Shown: positions 40,800-52,325, counted from the whole stretch's first letter. The stretch is 63,577 nt of DNA, filler included, from Octopus bimaculoides (GCF_001194135.2; 7 parts of 6 records of this genome joined end to end with filler, not necessarily neighbours in it); one strand, 5' to 3'. Program-made: numbers and translations. The notes: generated by a model from the letters alone, not told the origin.

Positions 40800-41400
40800 T
40801 CGAAAAGCGAATGTGATGTAAGTGGTCCTTCTTGACAACTTAATCCTTAGCTCTTCTGTACAATCTGTCTAAATCCTTAGCTCTTCTGTCCAATCAATAA
40901 ATCAGGCCAAATACTTTTTATCTTGCAGTAACAACAAAATTACTGGAACGAAACATCCCGAAGTTTCCAGTACAGTTAAACAACTTTGACTGCCAGTATA
41001 TTTGAGTATCAAAAATGCCTAAAAGAGATACGAGTTGTTATCCAACTCCTATAATGTCAAGTGGATTTTAATCAAGATCTAATACCTCAGAAAATCTTCT
41101 TAAGAAAGATTAACAAAAATTTAAACAATTCTTTGACAACATCGATTCTATAATCACCACCATTTAACAAACACACGCAACCGCATATTTATATGTATGT
41201 ATGTATGTATGTCCTTATTTGCTTATTATCTGTAAATTTTCCTGTCTACATCTTTTATCTGAATGTTTCCATATCGAGATCTTTCATATTTTCTATTTGC
41301 CTCTGATGACAGAATACCCCATATTCAGGTATACTCGCCTATCACTTGAGATTTCCTAGAAACAGCTGTAAGACCTCAAATAATTTAAGAATAATAATGT
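40800..41400 (+). mobile_element. Probable Penelope-like element 3' relic (GIY-YIG-like remnant followed by a hammerhead)
   Basis: Frameshifted NKSGQI..SCSNNKI..NETSRSFQY resembles the GxxYxIxCxxCxxxYIGETxRS pattern, and is followed by CTGATGA..GAAAC-agct-GTA at 41303-41370. Confidence 0.5.
41299..41374 (+). ncRNA. Type I hammerhead motif with intact core and extended stem II region
   Basis: GCCT-CTGATGA-(49 nt including GAATA/cccca/TATTC)-GAAAC-agct-GTA-AGAC. Palindromic loop III; stem I pairs 3 of 4; the closing pair of stem II is uncertain. Confidence 0.55.
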
Positions 41401-41592
41401 ATATGACTTGGGAAACTTATGTCTTGGCGTTTGTTGTTCTCTTTCATAAATATATATCCACTATATCGGAAATCTAAAATAGTTCCATAGCTCCCGTTTC
41501 TGTTACGAGCTTGGAGCCCTGATAATCTGTTACAGCACTTACACAGCGCACTTATTTTTTTTAGATCACCGGTGAACTAAACCCCCATGTTC

Positions 41593-41624
<32 letters not shown>

Positions 41625-42262
41625 TGTTCGCTTCCTGTTTTTTATTTAGAATAAATTTTGACTGGCCACCGACTTGGTAGCAAGGTTGGGAAGAAAAGTA
41701 TCTTGTTTTAACCACCATCCTTTAAATCTTAAGGCCTTGAAGATCTTCATAGTCCCAGATATTGTGGTCATTTATAGCATACGAATTAAAGATTTGCTTT
41801 CTCCCCCAAAAGATCTCAAGTTCGGCCATATTTTGCTCCAGACAAGTTGGTATGTATCCTGTTGTTCGAATAGTAATAGGTATGAAACTGAAACTGTATC
41901 TTTGGTACTGGATTTACAAACTCTTTATCAATAGTCCATAGATGTCCTCTTTCTCTTGTATTTTCCTAACAATATTTGTGTTCACAGGGCAACTGATTTC
42001 CATGTATGCATGAATGTATGTATGTATGTATGTATGTATGTATGTATGCATGAATGTATGTATGTATGTATTTACAAATTTAGACAAGCTGTCCAGTGGC
42101 AGTGAATTGCTCATTCAAAATCAGTGACAAAGAGAAGATCAATGGGCATCTGATTGAAAACATATATCCAGATTATAATGTATTCTACATGCAAAGTAAG
42201 AGGATAATATATATTGTCTGTATGTGTTTATGAAAATTTTGTGTTTGTACATATATATATAA

Positions 42263-42357
<95 letters not shown>

Positions 42358-43667
42358 CAGACAGAGACAGAGAGACAGACAGACAGTTTCAAAGCAGATT
42401 AAACGGCAGTTTGAGAACTTTTTTAATTCCCCAATGAATCTTTAAACTATCTTTAGATAATAAAACGTGTTTTTACACGAAAGAGAAAAAAACGAGCAAC
42501 AACTTTTATGCTGAAAGTTATTGAAAATATCACTAGAGATTATGGGAAAAATTGTGATAACAGCAATAGGACTGTTGTCTGTTGAAATAATGTATATAAG
42601 CTTTAAACAATCTACCTAAACCATTTTTTCTTAGACCATTGGGAATTCAACAAGTTGGTAACTGATTATCAGATAGATGTGGGGGTGCGTCAAACAAATT
42701 CTCATTGATAAAAATGTGTACTGATTTAACCATTTATCTGCGAAATTAAAGTTCATGGTTATTCCAGTAATGATGTCAAACCACGTTACCTCAATAAACT
42801 TGACATATCTAAACAAAAAAATAGATTCAAACATGACATTCCTCCTCAGAAGATAGAGGAGAATAGAAAACTATATAGAATAGCTTTCTGCAGTTAAGGG
42901 TAACGAAATTTTGAGTGGATGTATCTGATTTCTGCAATAGAAGGGGTAAGAAAAAAAACCTCCTCCTTCGATGATGAGATTTTCACGTCGAAAAGGTCCG
43001 ATGTGGATTGGAAGGAGATATGTTTTCATGTGTGTTCATGTATGGGAGGAAGAGAAAAAGACAAGGAGTTAAGTTGGAGATTTTCCTGGGTTTTGGTTCT
43101 GTTGTTAGGGTTGTCGTTGTTGTTGTCTCTGGTCTTCCCATTACTCCTGTTGTTAGTGTTGGCGTTGCTGATGTTGTTCTTTCTCCTTTCGCTCATACTG
43201 CCGTTACTTCTGTATTCTTTTGCTGTTGTTGTTCGAGCTGTGGTGTCAGCAGCAGTGAGAACCTCCTCTCCCCTGTTATTTATTGAGAACAGAAAGCTCT
43301 GTAGTAGCCCTTCGCATCAAACAAATGGCATCTTGGCCTTTGGCCTTCTGCCGTCAATTGCAACACTTTACTGGGTAGGTGGATGAAGGCTGAGATCTTT
43401 ATCACATCCACCGGTTTGGGCAGAAGGAGAATCTCCACTGTGATCCCAAACAAAAACTTTCTCTTCGCTGGTCTTACGTTGAGGAGGGTGTCACTACCCA
43501 CCAAAGCAACCAAGCCCAACAGCCACCAAATGTCCAACCAAGATCAAACTCTGTCTTAAATTCTCCCTGTTTATATCAGGTAACGGGTGAACCTCCTGTT
43601 ACGTATGAGAACTATGAAGTACTTCGAAGCGCGGTGCTTCGCTCTTGAAGAGGAACTTCACGCTACT

Positions 43668-43776
43668 GAACAGGATCTATATCTGTTCACAGAATCTATA
43701 TCTGCCCATATAGTTCACAGATATGGGCAGATATATAGATATATATCCTAGTCACAGGATCTATATCTGCCCATAT
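43668..43776. repeat. Nested direct and inverted repeats of GATCTATATCTGCCCATAT
   Basis: Perfect 15-bp hairpin 43697-43711/43721-43735, a direct copy at 43758-43776, and a second hairpin TGAACAG..CTGTTCA at 43668-43689. Confidence 0.85.
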
Positions 43777-44374
43777 TTGTTTGAGAGTTCTTTCCACCTG
43801 GGTGTGTGTTGCTGCTTCTAGACATCGGGTTTTAGCCGACATACAGTATTACAACACTGTCTTCCGACACCGTCTTCCAAGCTGTTGCCGCCATTTGTAC
43901 TCTCTCCGCCCATTCACCTTCACGAGCTGTTTCACCAGTGTCAGGCGTAACTTCTTGTCGCTTAGGGAGATCGAGAAGTATTGTATTGACTTCGCCACCG
44001 CCCGAGCAAAAGATAGTCTGTCCCTGAAGTCTCACCCACACCTTATTTTGTCGTCATCATTATTCTTTTTGCTGCTGTTTGTAGTTGTTGTTGGTGTTGC
44101 CGCTTTTGTTGTTGCTGTTATCGTTGCTTGTGTTAAAACTGTTTCCCTTACGTTGTCGTTACCATTGCTAACATTGTTAATATTGTAGCTGTCTTTGTTA
44201 TTGATGTTATTATTGTTGTCGTTATTTTTGTTGCTCACGTGCGAATATTCTCTTATGAAACTGGCGCAATATGATAGTTCCCCTTTTCATCCAGGAAGTA
44301 GAGAGCCTTATTTAATGTTTTAACAAAAATTTGTAACAGAAATCAAAACATTTTCAATAAAGTCCAACAAAACT

Positions 44375-45754
44375 TCGGGAGCCTACATGATGTATGTCCT
44401 AGGACGGAGAAAGCTTGTCAGGACAGAAGGCATATGGCTGCCAAGTGGTGAAGTATTGAAGGCAATTCAACCTCAATCTGGCTTTAAATACCTGGGGATA
44501 TTTGAGGCAGATGGAATTAAACACAACGACATGAAGGAAAGGACGAAAAGAGGGTACCTGCGGCGAATGAGAAAAATATTGGCTTCAAAGCTGAATGACA
44601 GAAACATAATTTCGGCAATAAACTCGCGGGCAATCGCAGTAGTTCGGTATGGTGCAGGAATCTTGAAGTGGACAGAGGAGGAGCTAAAGATGGACTGAAA
44701 GTCAAGAAAGCTCCTAACGGTGCATGGAGCTCATCATACGCGTGTAGACACTGAACGCCTGTACACGAAGAGAGCAAACTGAGAAAAGTAAGGAAACCTT
44801 GCTAGTGTCAATTAGGAACGAGGGAGTATTGAAAGCAGAGAAAAAAAAGGAAAAACAACAGAAATACAAAAAGAGCATGGCGAAGAATTACGCAAGAAGG
44901 GACTACACAGTCAGTTCCATGTAGCCACAACAGAAGTTGCTGGAAAAATAGGTGGGATTGGCTGGCAAAAGGAACACTAAAAAAGAGACCGAGAGCACTA
45001 TACTGGCAGGGGAAGACCAAGCTTTGGCCACGAACTGGAAGATCAACCGTAGGAATGAGCAAGTGTCCCCGCTGTACCGCATCCGCAATAGAGTGGATGA
45101 AACCATTGCTCATATCACGAAGGAATGCCCTAGACTTGCCCAAAACCAGTACAGGTTGTGGCGACACGATCGGGTTGCGAAACTCTGCAAAAAGTGGTGG
45201 CTAGAGAGAGGCAAGACGTGATATGAGCACAAACCGCAGAGATTGGCGATTGGCGGAATCGGATATCAGCAAAATCCTCTGGGATTTCCCAATCTAAACA
45301 GATCAGGTGCTAGAGCATAACAGACCGGACCTAGTGGTAGTCGACAAGATGCACCACATGTGATACATAGCTGCTGTTGCATGCTCCTTTGACCCACGAA
45401 TAGTTAAGAAGGAAGGCGAAAAAATTGATAAATACAACACTTTTAGGTACAAGATAGCCCGGATATGGAAAATGAAGAAGGTGAAGATAGTACCAATTAT
45501 TATTGGGTCCTTGGGGACAGTATCAGAAGGCATCAAGAGGAATATAAAGGAAATTGGAATAAATTGTCCAGTAGAACTGTTACAAAAGGTTTGCTTCTTT
45601 GGCACAGCCAGAATAATCAGGAAAGCATTAGATAACTGAAAAGAACGGATAGCATGGTACAGTAGGCTGAAGATAGCAAGCCCACTACGCATGCAAGACT
45701 CCAGGAGTTCCAACAAGACCTGTGATAAAAAGAAATAATAATAATAATAATAAT
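44375..45754 (+). mobile_element. R4/Dong-clade non-LTR retrotransposon, 5'-truncated, with RLE endonuclease and (TAA)n tail
   Basis: FKYLGIFEADG, RRMRKILASKLN..AINSRAIAVVRYGAG, decayed CCHC (ETIAHITKEC), RHD, RPDLVVVDK, EKIDKY, VPIIIGSLG, ending ARIIRKALDN*; several stops and frameshifts. Confidence 0.92.
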
Positions 45755-45931
45755 GGTTTCGAATTTTGCCTCAAGAGCAGCCATTTTGTGGGAGGAGATG
45801 AGTCAATTACATTAACCCGAGTATTTAACTGATACTTAATTTATCGACCTCAAAAGCATGAAAGGCAAATTCGATCTCGGCGGAATTTGAACTCAGAACG
45901 TAGCGACAGACGGAATACCACTAAGCATTTT
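45755..45931 (-). mobile_element. SINE A2, head lost in a gap
   Basis: ATGAAAGGCAAATTCGATCTCGGCGGAATTTGAACTCAGAACG. Confidence 0.88.
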
Positions 45932-46644
45932 NNNNNNNNNNNNNNNNNNNNNNNNNNNNNNNNNNNNNNNNNNNNNNNNNNNNNNNNNNNNNNNNNNNNN
46001 NNNNNNNNNNNNNNNNNNNNNNNNNNNNNNNNNNNNNNNNNNNNNNNNNNNNNNNNNNNNNNNNNNNNNNNNNNNNNNNNNNNNNNNNNNNNNNNNNNNN
46101 NNNNNNNNNNNNNNNNNNNNNNNNNNNNNNNNNNNNNNNNNNNNNNNNNNNNNNNNNNNNNNNNNNNNNNNNNNNNNNNNNNNNNNNNNNNNNNNNNNNN
46201 NNNNNNNNNNNNNNNNNNNNNNNNNNNNNNNNNNNNNNNNNNNNNNNNNNNNNNNNNNNNNNNNNNNNNNNNNNNNNNNNNNNNNNNNNNNNNNNNNNNN
46301 NNNNNNNNNNNNNNNNNNNNNNNNNNNNNNNNNNNNNNNNNNNNNNNNNNNNNNNNNNNNNNNNNNNNNNNNNNNNNNNNNNNNNNNNNNNNNNNNNNNN
46401 NNNNNNNNNNNNNNNNNNNNNNNNNNNNNNNNNNNNNNNNNNNNNNNNNNNNNNNNNNNNNNNNNNNNNNNNNNNNNNNNNNNNNNNNNNNNNNNNNNNN
46501 NNNNNNNNNNNNNNNNNNNNNNNNNNNNNNNNNNNNNNNNNNNNNNNNNNNNNNNNNNNNNNNNNNNNNNNNNNNCTAATGCTCAGTTGCTACTTATTTT
46601 TATCGACTCCAAAACGATGAAAAGCAATAATAATGATAATAATG

Positions 46645-46706
<62 letters not shown>

Positions 46707-46710
<4 letters not shown>

Positions 46711-47037
46711 GGAGCACTGAGAGAGCACAAACCTCCACCAAAGCAACACCGCCGTCCTCTCAACGATTAGCCACAAATGGTATTTAAAATGAGAATATCT
46801 GAAATAAACTCGACTGCTCTCACAGACGAGAATACTAAAATTGAACCCGACCGCTCTCAAAAATTAAGCAAAAAATAAACGGAAAAATAATCCAGAATCC
46901 TTGTCCGGTACTGGATCGATCCCAAAATCTAATTCATCCGAGTCCATCCAGCGGTTGTTGAGGTATATTGCCCACGGACAAACAAACAAACAAACAAACA
47001 CGACTGAAAACAATATCTCCGCCTTCGCTAAGGCGGG

Positions 47038-47042
<5 letters not shown>
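46707..47042 (+). mobile_element. Non-autonomous Helentron/HINE (DINE-1-like) element
   Basis: Subterminal inverted repeats ACCTCCACC (46731) and GGCGGGGGT (47032), 3' hairpin CTCCGCC-ttcgctaa-GGCGG, (AAAC)n just before the 3' end, inserted in (TAA)n with no TSD evident. Confidence 0.7.
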
Positions 47043-47101
<59 letters not shown>

Positions 47102-47216
47102 TTAATAATAGCTACTNNNNNNNNNNNNNNNNNNNNNNNNNNNNNNNNNNNNNNNNNNNNTTAATTAATTAANNNNNNNNNNNNNNNNNNNNNNNNNNNN
47201 NNNNNNNNNNNNNNNN

Positions 47217-47259
<43 letters not shown>

Positions 47260-47849
47260 GTATATATATATGTGTGTGCATATATGCATATATGTACATA
47301 CACACACACACTTGCACACACACTTACACACATACACACACATACCCCCTACACACATACTCACACATTACATGAACATTCATGTGTGTATATATATATA
47401 ATTATTGGAGGGAAAAAAAGATATTGTTCATTTCTTGTTTCATTTCATCTGTTGTAAATAAGTATAAATGGAAATGGACAGTGGAAAATAGATTACGGAA
47501 ATTATATTGTGAGATTAAAGTAACGAAAAACCATGTGAACACATGAATTTAACAATGTAAAAAACTCTTCTATCTGTTGTCTAACAAATTTGTCAATTTT
47601 GTCAGAATGTCAGAATTTATAAAGATCATCACAGTAAAGATATCTAAACACAGACTAAAATAATATTGAAGAAGAAAAAAATATTTTGTAGCTTCCTTTA
47701 ATTTGAAGTTTGGTAACATTTTAATGACATTAAATGGATTTTTAAAATAACAAAATCGTTGGATGTAGTCATGTCTGTGTGGTTAAGAATTTAACTTTGA
47801 AACTATGCATTTTGATGGTATGGGCATGTATAACAATTTCCTAGGGGCC

Positions 47850-47998
47850 TTTCAGCACCAGTTCAAATATGGTTGTACATCAGTGAAAACTGCTCTTATT
47901 CCTGGATGACCATATTCTGCCATCGATGACGACACCATCCATAAAGTGGAAGCTGCCATTTTGGAGGATTGCGGTATAACTATTCAGCAACTAGCCCA
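47850..47998 (+). mobile_element. Mariner fragment paralogous to 48730-48880
   Basis: CCATATTCTGCCATCGATG..GTGGAAGCTGCCATTTTGGAGGATTGC closely matches the element downstream. Confidence 0.88.
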
Positions 47999-48098
47999 TA
48001 TATGGTGTGGCTCTGTGTGTAGAGGTCATTGTGCATTGCTCTGCCTGGTGTCCATAAAGCTGTTTAAGAAGGTTCTGATTCCCAGATTTTATCCAACT

Positions 48099-48356
48099 CA
48101 GTGGTTGCCAATCACTTTTAGCTCATGGACTCCTCTGATTCCTATTTTATTCTTCTTCACCCCTATAGCCATTTGATGTTTTAAAAAAATTTCATTATAT
48201 TTTTATAATTAATATATTATTTAGGAACTGTATTAAGAAACTGTTAAAATATTCTGTGTATTGTAGAAGTATTAGCAATTTATTGCAGATAAATTTTAGC
48301 AGTGAAATATTTTATTGACTTCTAAGAGTCGTATGAAACTTGATCGAGAACCACTG
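48099..48356. mobile_element. hAT (Charlie-type) MITE
   Basis: TIRs CAGTGGTTGCCAA and TCGAGAACCACTG; 8-bp flanks ATCCAACT and ATCTAATT (6 of 8 match); AT-rich interior. Confidence 0.75.
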
Positions 48357-49721
48357 ATCTAATTGAATGGTGCTGGGGTTTATCTAACCAAATGACATGA
48401 GCCAATATCAACTTTTCTAATGAGAGCATTAATGAGAGGTGTTCATTAACGATTTTCCTTGACCCACTTCCAGTTATTGCAAGAAATGGAACTTGTACAG
48501 GTGTAATCATACATGTCTCTACATGTCACGTTGTAAATTGCAGCTGTACACTAGTATTTGTTTGTCTTTTATGGCTGCTGAAGTGGACTAAGGTGTTATA
48601 ATGGAGGCAGTTGAATGCAGATTAGTGATCAGGTTCTTATACTTGGAAGGTCGTACACCAAAAGAGACTTTCGATGAGATGAAAGAAGTTTATGGTGATG
48701 ATACACCTTCAAATGATGTAGTCAAGCACTCGCATCGCCAGTTCAAATGTGGTCGGACATCAATGGAAATTGCTCCTATTCCCGGAAGACCATATTCTGT
48801 CATCGATGCTGACACCATTCATAGAGTGGAAGCTGCTATTTTGGAGGATTGCAGCATAACTATTCAACAACTAGCCCAAGAAGTGAAAATAAGTGAAGGA
48901 TCCATGGATTTTCTGGATATTCACACCTTTTCAGAAGCAGGAACAAGTCAATTGCTCCTAGGTTCTTTTGACAATGTGTCAAGAAAATGAAGAGGACTTT
49001 CTCAATAGACTTATCACACATGATGTAACATGGGTCCATCACTATGATGCTGAGACTAAAGTCCAGTCGAAGCAATGGAAGCATAATAACTCCCTACCTC
49101 CAAAGAAGGCTCGGGTCCAACCCTTAGCAGGCAAGGTGATGCCCCACAGTTTTTTGGGACCAGTGTGGAGTAGTGATAATGGTTTTTCTGGTAAAGAGCA
49201 CCACAATTAATGGGGCATATTATGCTTCTCTGCAGCAGAAATTGCAGGATGCCATCAAAGCAGAGAGGTGTGGCATACTGACCAAAGGAGTCTGCCTCTT
49301 CCAAGACAATCCCCCAGTTCACAATGCGCATGTTGCCCAGATGAATGCACACTCCTGTGGCTATGAAATCCTTCCTCGTTCTCCTTACTTTCCTGACCTC
49401 ACACCATCTGACTTCCACCTCTTTCCAACCATGAAGTCTTTTTTTTGAAGAGGAAGCACTTTTCAGATGATGATGAACTTATNNNNNNNNNNCTTTTTTT
49501 TGAAGAGGAAGCACTTTTCAGATGATGATGAACTTATTTCCGAGGTAAAGTCTTCACTCCAGACGCAACCTACCGACTTCTACAAATGAGGTCTTCACAA
49601 CTGTATAAAACGATGGTAGAAGTGTGTCGTCATTCGTGAGGGCTATGTAAAGAAGGACTAATAATCATGTGAAGTTTCATCTATCCCAGTCCTTGGAAAG
49701 TAGGTCATGGGGAGTCTTTAA

Positions 49722-49943
49722 CCCTTTCGATACCAACCTAGCTGAAACCACTTCTGGCTCTGTAGTACAAATGTCTTGTTTTCATAAGTTCTGAATTAAA
49801 ATCTTCCCCCAAACCTTAGTCACAATTTATGTTCCTAACACTAGCTTAATGATAACCAAGTTATTTTACTAAATTCTTTGTTATATTTAAAATTAATTGA
49901 AAGAAACAGAGAGCATCTCAAAATAAATATGGTAACAAAAGGG
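49722..49943. mobile_element. piggyBac-type MITE, copy 1
   Basis: TTAA at 49718-49721 and 49944-49947; ends CCCTTTCGATACC and GGTAACAAAAGGG. Confidence 0.88.
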
Positions 49944-49974
49944 TTAAAATATATAATAGAGAAACAATTCTTAA

Positions 49975-50195
49975 CCCTTTAAATACTAACCCAGCTGAAA
50001 CACCTCTGGCTCTGTAGTACAAATGTCTTGTTTTCAAAAGCTCTGAATTAAAATTTTCCCCCAAACCTTAGTCAGAATTTATGTTCCTAAAACTAACTTA
50101 ATGATAACCAAGTTATTTTGCTAAATTCTTTGTTAAATTTAAAATTAATTGAAAGAAACACAGAGCATCTCAAAATAAATACGGTAATGAAAAGG
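49975..50195. mobile_element. piggyBac-type MITE, copy 2 (direct orientation)
   Basis: TTAA at 49971-49974 and 50196-50199; about 20 differences from copy 1 by eye. Confidence 0.88.
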
Positions 50196-50380
50196 TTAAT
50201 GAACATCCTTTGTATGTGAGTCAGAAAGTTGATTACTATTTCATACAGGTCAGACAGTTGCATAGAGCATAATTTGCAAACAGTGTGTTGCAAAACACTG
50301 ATGTACTGCAGATGTGCCAAAAGATATATCTATGTGCAACATAAATATTCTTTTTTAAAATGTATTTTCTAAGTAGACAC

Positions 50381-50746
50381 TAGCTTGACCGTGTGTTAAG
50401 AAGCTTGTTTCTCAACCACATGGCTCCAGGTTCAGTCCTGCTGCATGGCACCCTTAGCAAGTATCTTCCATTATAGCTCTGATTTGACCAAAACCTTTTG
50501 AGGGGATATGGTAGACGGAAACTGAAAGAAGCCCAATGTATGAATGTGTGTGTGTGTGTGAGTGTTTCTTTGTGTCAGTGTGTTTACGAACCAGTAACTA
50601 AGCAGTTTGGCAAAAGGCAATCAATAGGATAAGTACCAGGCTTATAAAAATAAGTCCTGGGATCAATTCACTCAACTGAAAGTTCTTCAATGTGGTGCCC
50701 CAGCATGGTCGCAGTCTAATGACTGAAATAGGTAAAGGATAAAAGA
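50381..50746 (+). mobile_element. SINE family C
   Basis: GGTTCAGTCC B box, GGTAGACGGAAACTGAAAGAAGCCC, internal (TG)n, tail CCAGCATGGTCGCAGTCTAATGACTGAAA. Confidence 0.85.
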
Positions 50747-51062
50747 TAAAGTTGGACTAAATTAATTAGATGGACATGAAGCAGCATCAAATGAAATGTA
50801 GTTATTCTTTTATTCTTTTATTCTTTTACTTGTTTCAGTCAATTGGCTGCGNNNNNNNNNNNNNNNNNNNNNNNNNNNNNNNNNNNNNNNNNNNNTTAAT
50901 TAATTAANNNNNNNNNNNNNNNNNNNNNNNNNNNNNNNNNNNNNNNNNNNNGTTTCGGGTTGATTTCCACATTCATAAACAGTCAGTAGGCGTGATTAAT
51001 ATCCCACCTAAATTTATTTCAGACCCGGTTTCGATTCTTAACTGATGTTACAGAGAATTTCT

Positions 51063-51291
51063 TATTTCTTTACTGCCCACAAGGGGCTACACACACAGGG
51101 GACAAACAAGGACAGACAAACGGATTGAGTCGATTATATCGACCTCAGGTGCGTAACTGGTACTTATCTAATCACCCCCGAAAGGATGAAAGGCAAAGTC
51201 GACCTCGGCGGAATTCGAACTCAGAATGTAGCGGCAGACGAAATACCAATAAGCATTTCGCACGTTGCGTTAATGTTTCTGCCAGCTCGCC
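51063..51291 (-). mobile_element. Full-length SINE A1
   Basis: 10-bp TSD GAGAATTTCT at 51053-51062 and 51292-51301. Confidence 0.93.
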
Positions 51292-51449
51292 GAGAATTTC
51301 TATGGTCAATGAGACAATCATGTGACATTTTTTATTTGGCGATAGGAGAAAAGCTAGCATCCGTATCCTCTTTCAAGCCCTTCGACACTGATGAGTTGGT
51401 AAAGGAAGAGAAGGACCATGAGTCAAGAGAATGAGCACATCATGATAAA

Positions 51450-51773
51450 TTGGTACTCCGTCGGATATGACGATGTGTTTTCCGGTTGATCCGATTAACG
51501 GAACAGCCTCTCGTGAAGTTAACATGCAATTAGCTGAGCACTCCACAAGCATGCGTACCCTTAATGTAATTTTCAGGGAGATTGAGCGTGACACAGAATG
51601 TAACAAGGCTGATCCTTTGAAATAAAGGTACAAATAATTTTTAGTAACTGAGTTGACTGGAGCAATATGGAATAAAGTGTCTTGCTCAAGGACACAACGC
51701 ACTACTGCGTATCGAACTCACAACCTTACAATCATGAGTCAAATACCCTAACCATTTGGTCACACGCCTTCAC
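51450..51773 (-). mobile_element. Full-length SINE family D
   Basis: 14-bp TSD AGCACATCATGATA at 51434-51447 and 51774-51787. Confidence 0.9.
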
Positions 51774-51922
51774 AGCACATCATGATATCATGTTTCCCTC
51801 AGACCAGAGACCCTTAAAGATACTAATAACCTTTGAAAGATAAATAGGTTGAAAGTACCTTTTCAGTTATACTCTGAGAAAAACCAACCATATGATTCCA
51901 ATATTTGTATTAACTGGAAAGA

Positions 51923-52127
51923 AAGCAGCACACTGGCAGAATCGTTAGCATGCTGGACAAAATGTATAACCGCATTTCTACTTGTTCGGAGCTCACATTC
52001 ACCAAGGTCGACATTGCCTCTCTTCCTTTGGGGTTTGATAAAATAAGTACCAGTTGAACACTAGGGTCGATGTAACCGACTTCCCCAACCCTCAAAATTG
52101 CTGGCCTGTGACAAAATTAAAAAGAAT
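51923..52127 (+). mobile_element. SINE A2 inserted just upstream of another A copy
   Basis: 12-bp TSD TATTAACTGGAA at 51908-51919 and 52128-52139. Confidence 0.85.
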
Positions 52128-52144
52128 TATTAACTGGAAGTGAA

Positions 52145-52325
52145 AGGCGGTGAGCCGACAGAATACATAATGGCATTTCTTCTAGCTTTACGTCTTCGGT
52201 TCAAATTCTGCCGAGATCGACTTTGCCTTTTATTCTTTCAGGGATAAACAAGTACCAGTTAAGCAATCGGGTCGATGTCATCTACTAGCCCCCGCCACCA
52301 AGATTCAGGCCTTAAAAACCATAAA
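52145..52325 (+). mobile_element. Decayed SINE A2
   Basis: AGGCGGTGAGC head, GATCGACTTTGCCTTT body. Confidence 0.8.

Larger units (their letters stand above)
48433..50212 (+). mobile_element. Mariner transposon (irritans-like), near full-length pseudogene with TIRs
   Basis: MEAVECRLVIRFL.., WVHHYDAETKVQSKQW, AGKVM, FQDNPPVH, SPYFPDLTPSDFHLFPTMK, KRW*KC. The 5' TIR at ~48433-48471 matches the 3' end once 49722-50199 is removed. Subfamily assigned from motif style only. Confidence 0.9.

Noticed and set aside
40842-40895. Duplicated ATCCTTAGCTCTTCTGT.CAATC
   Set aside because: Simple local slippage duplication inside a decayed element.
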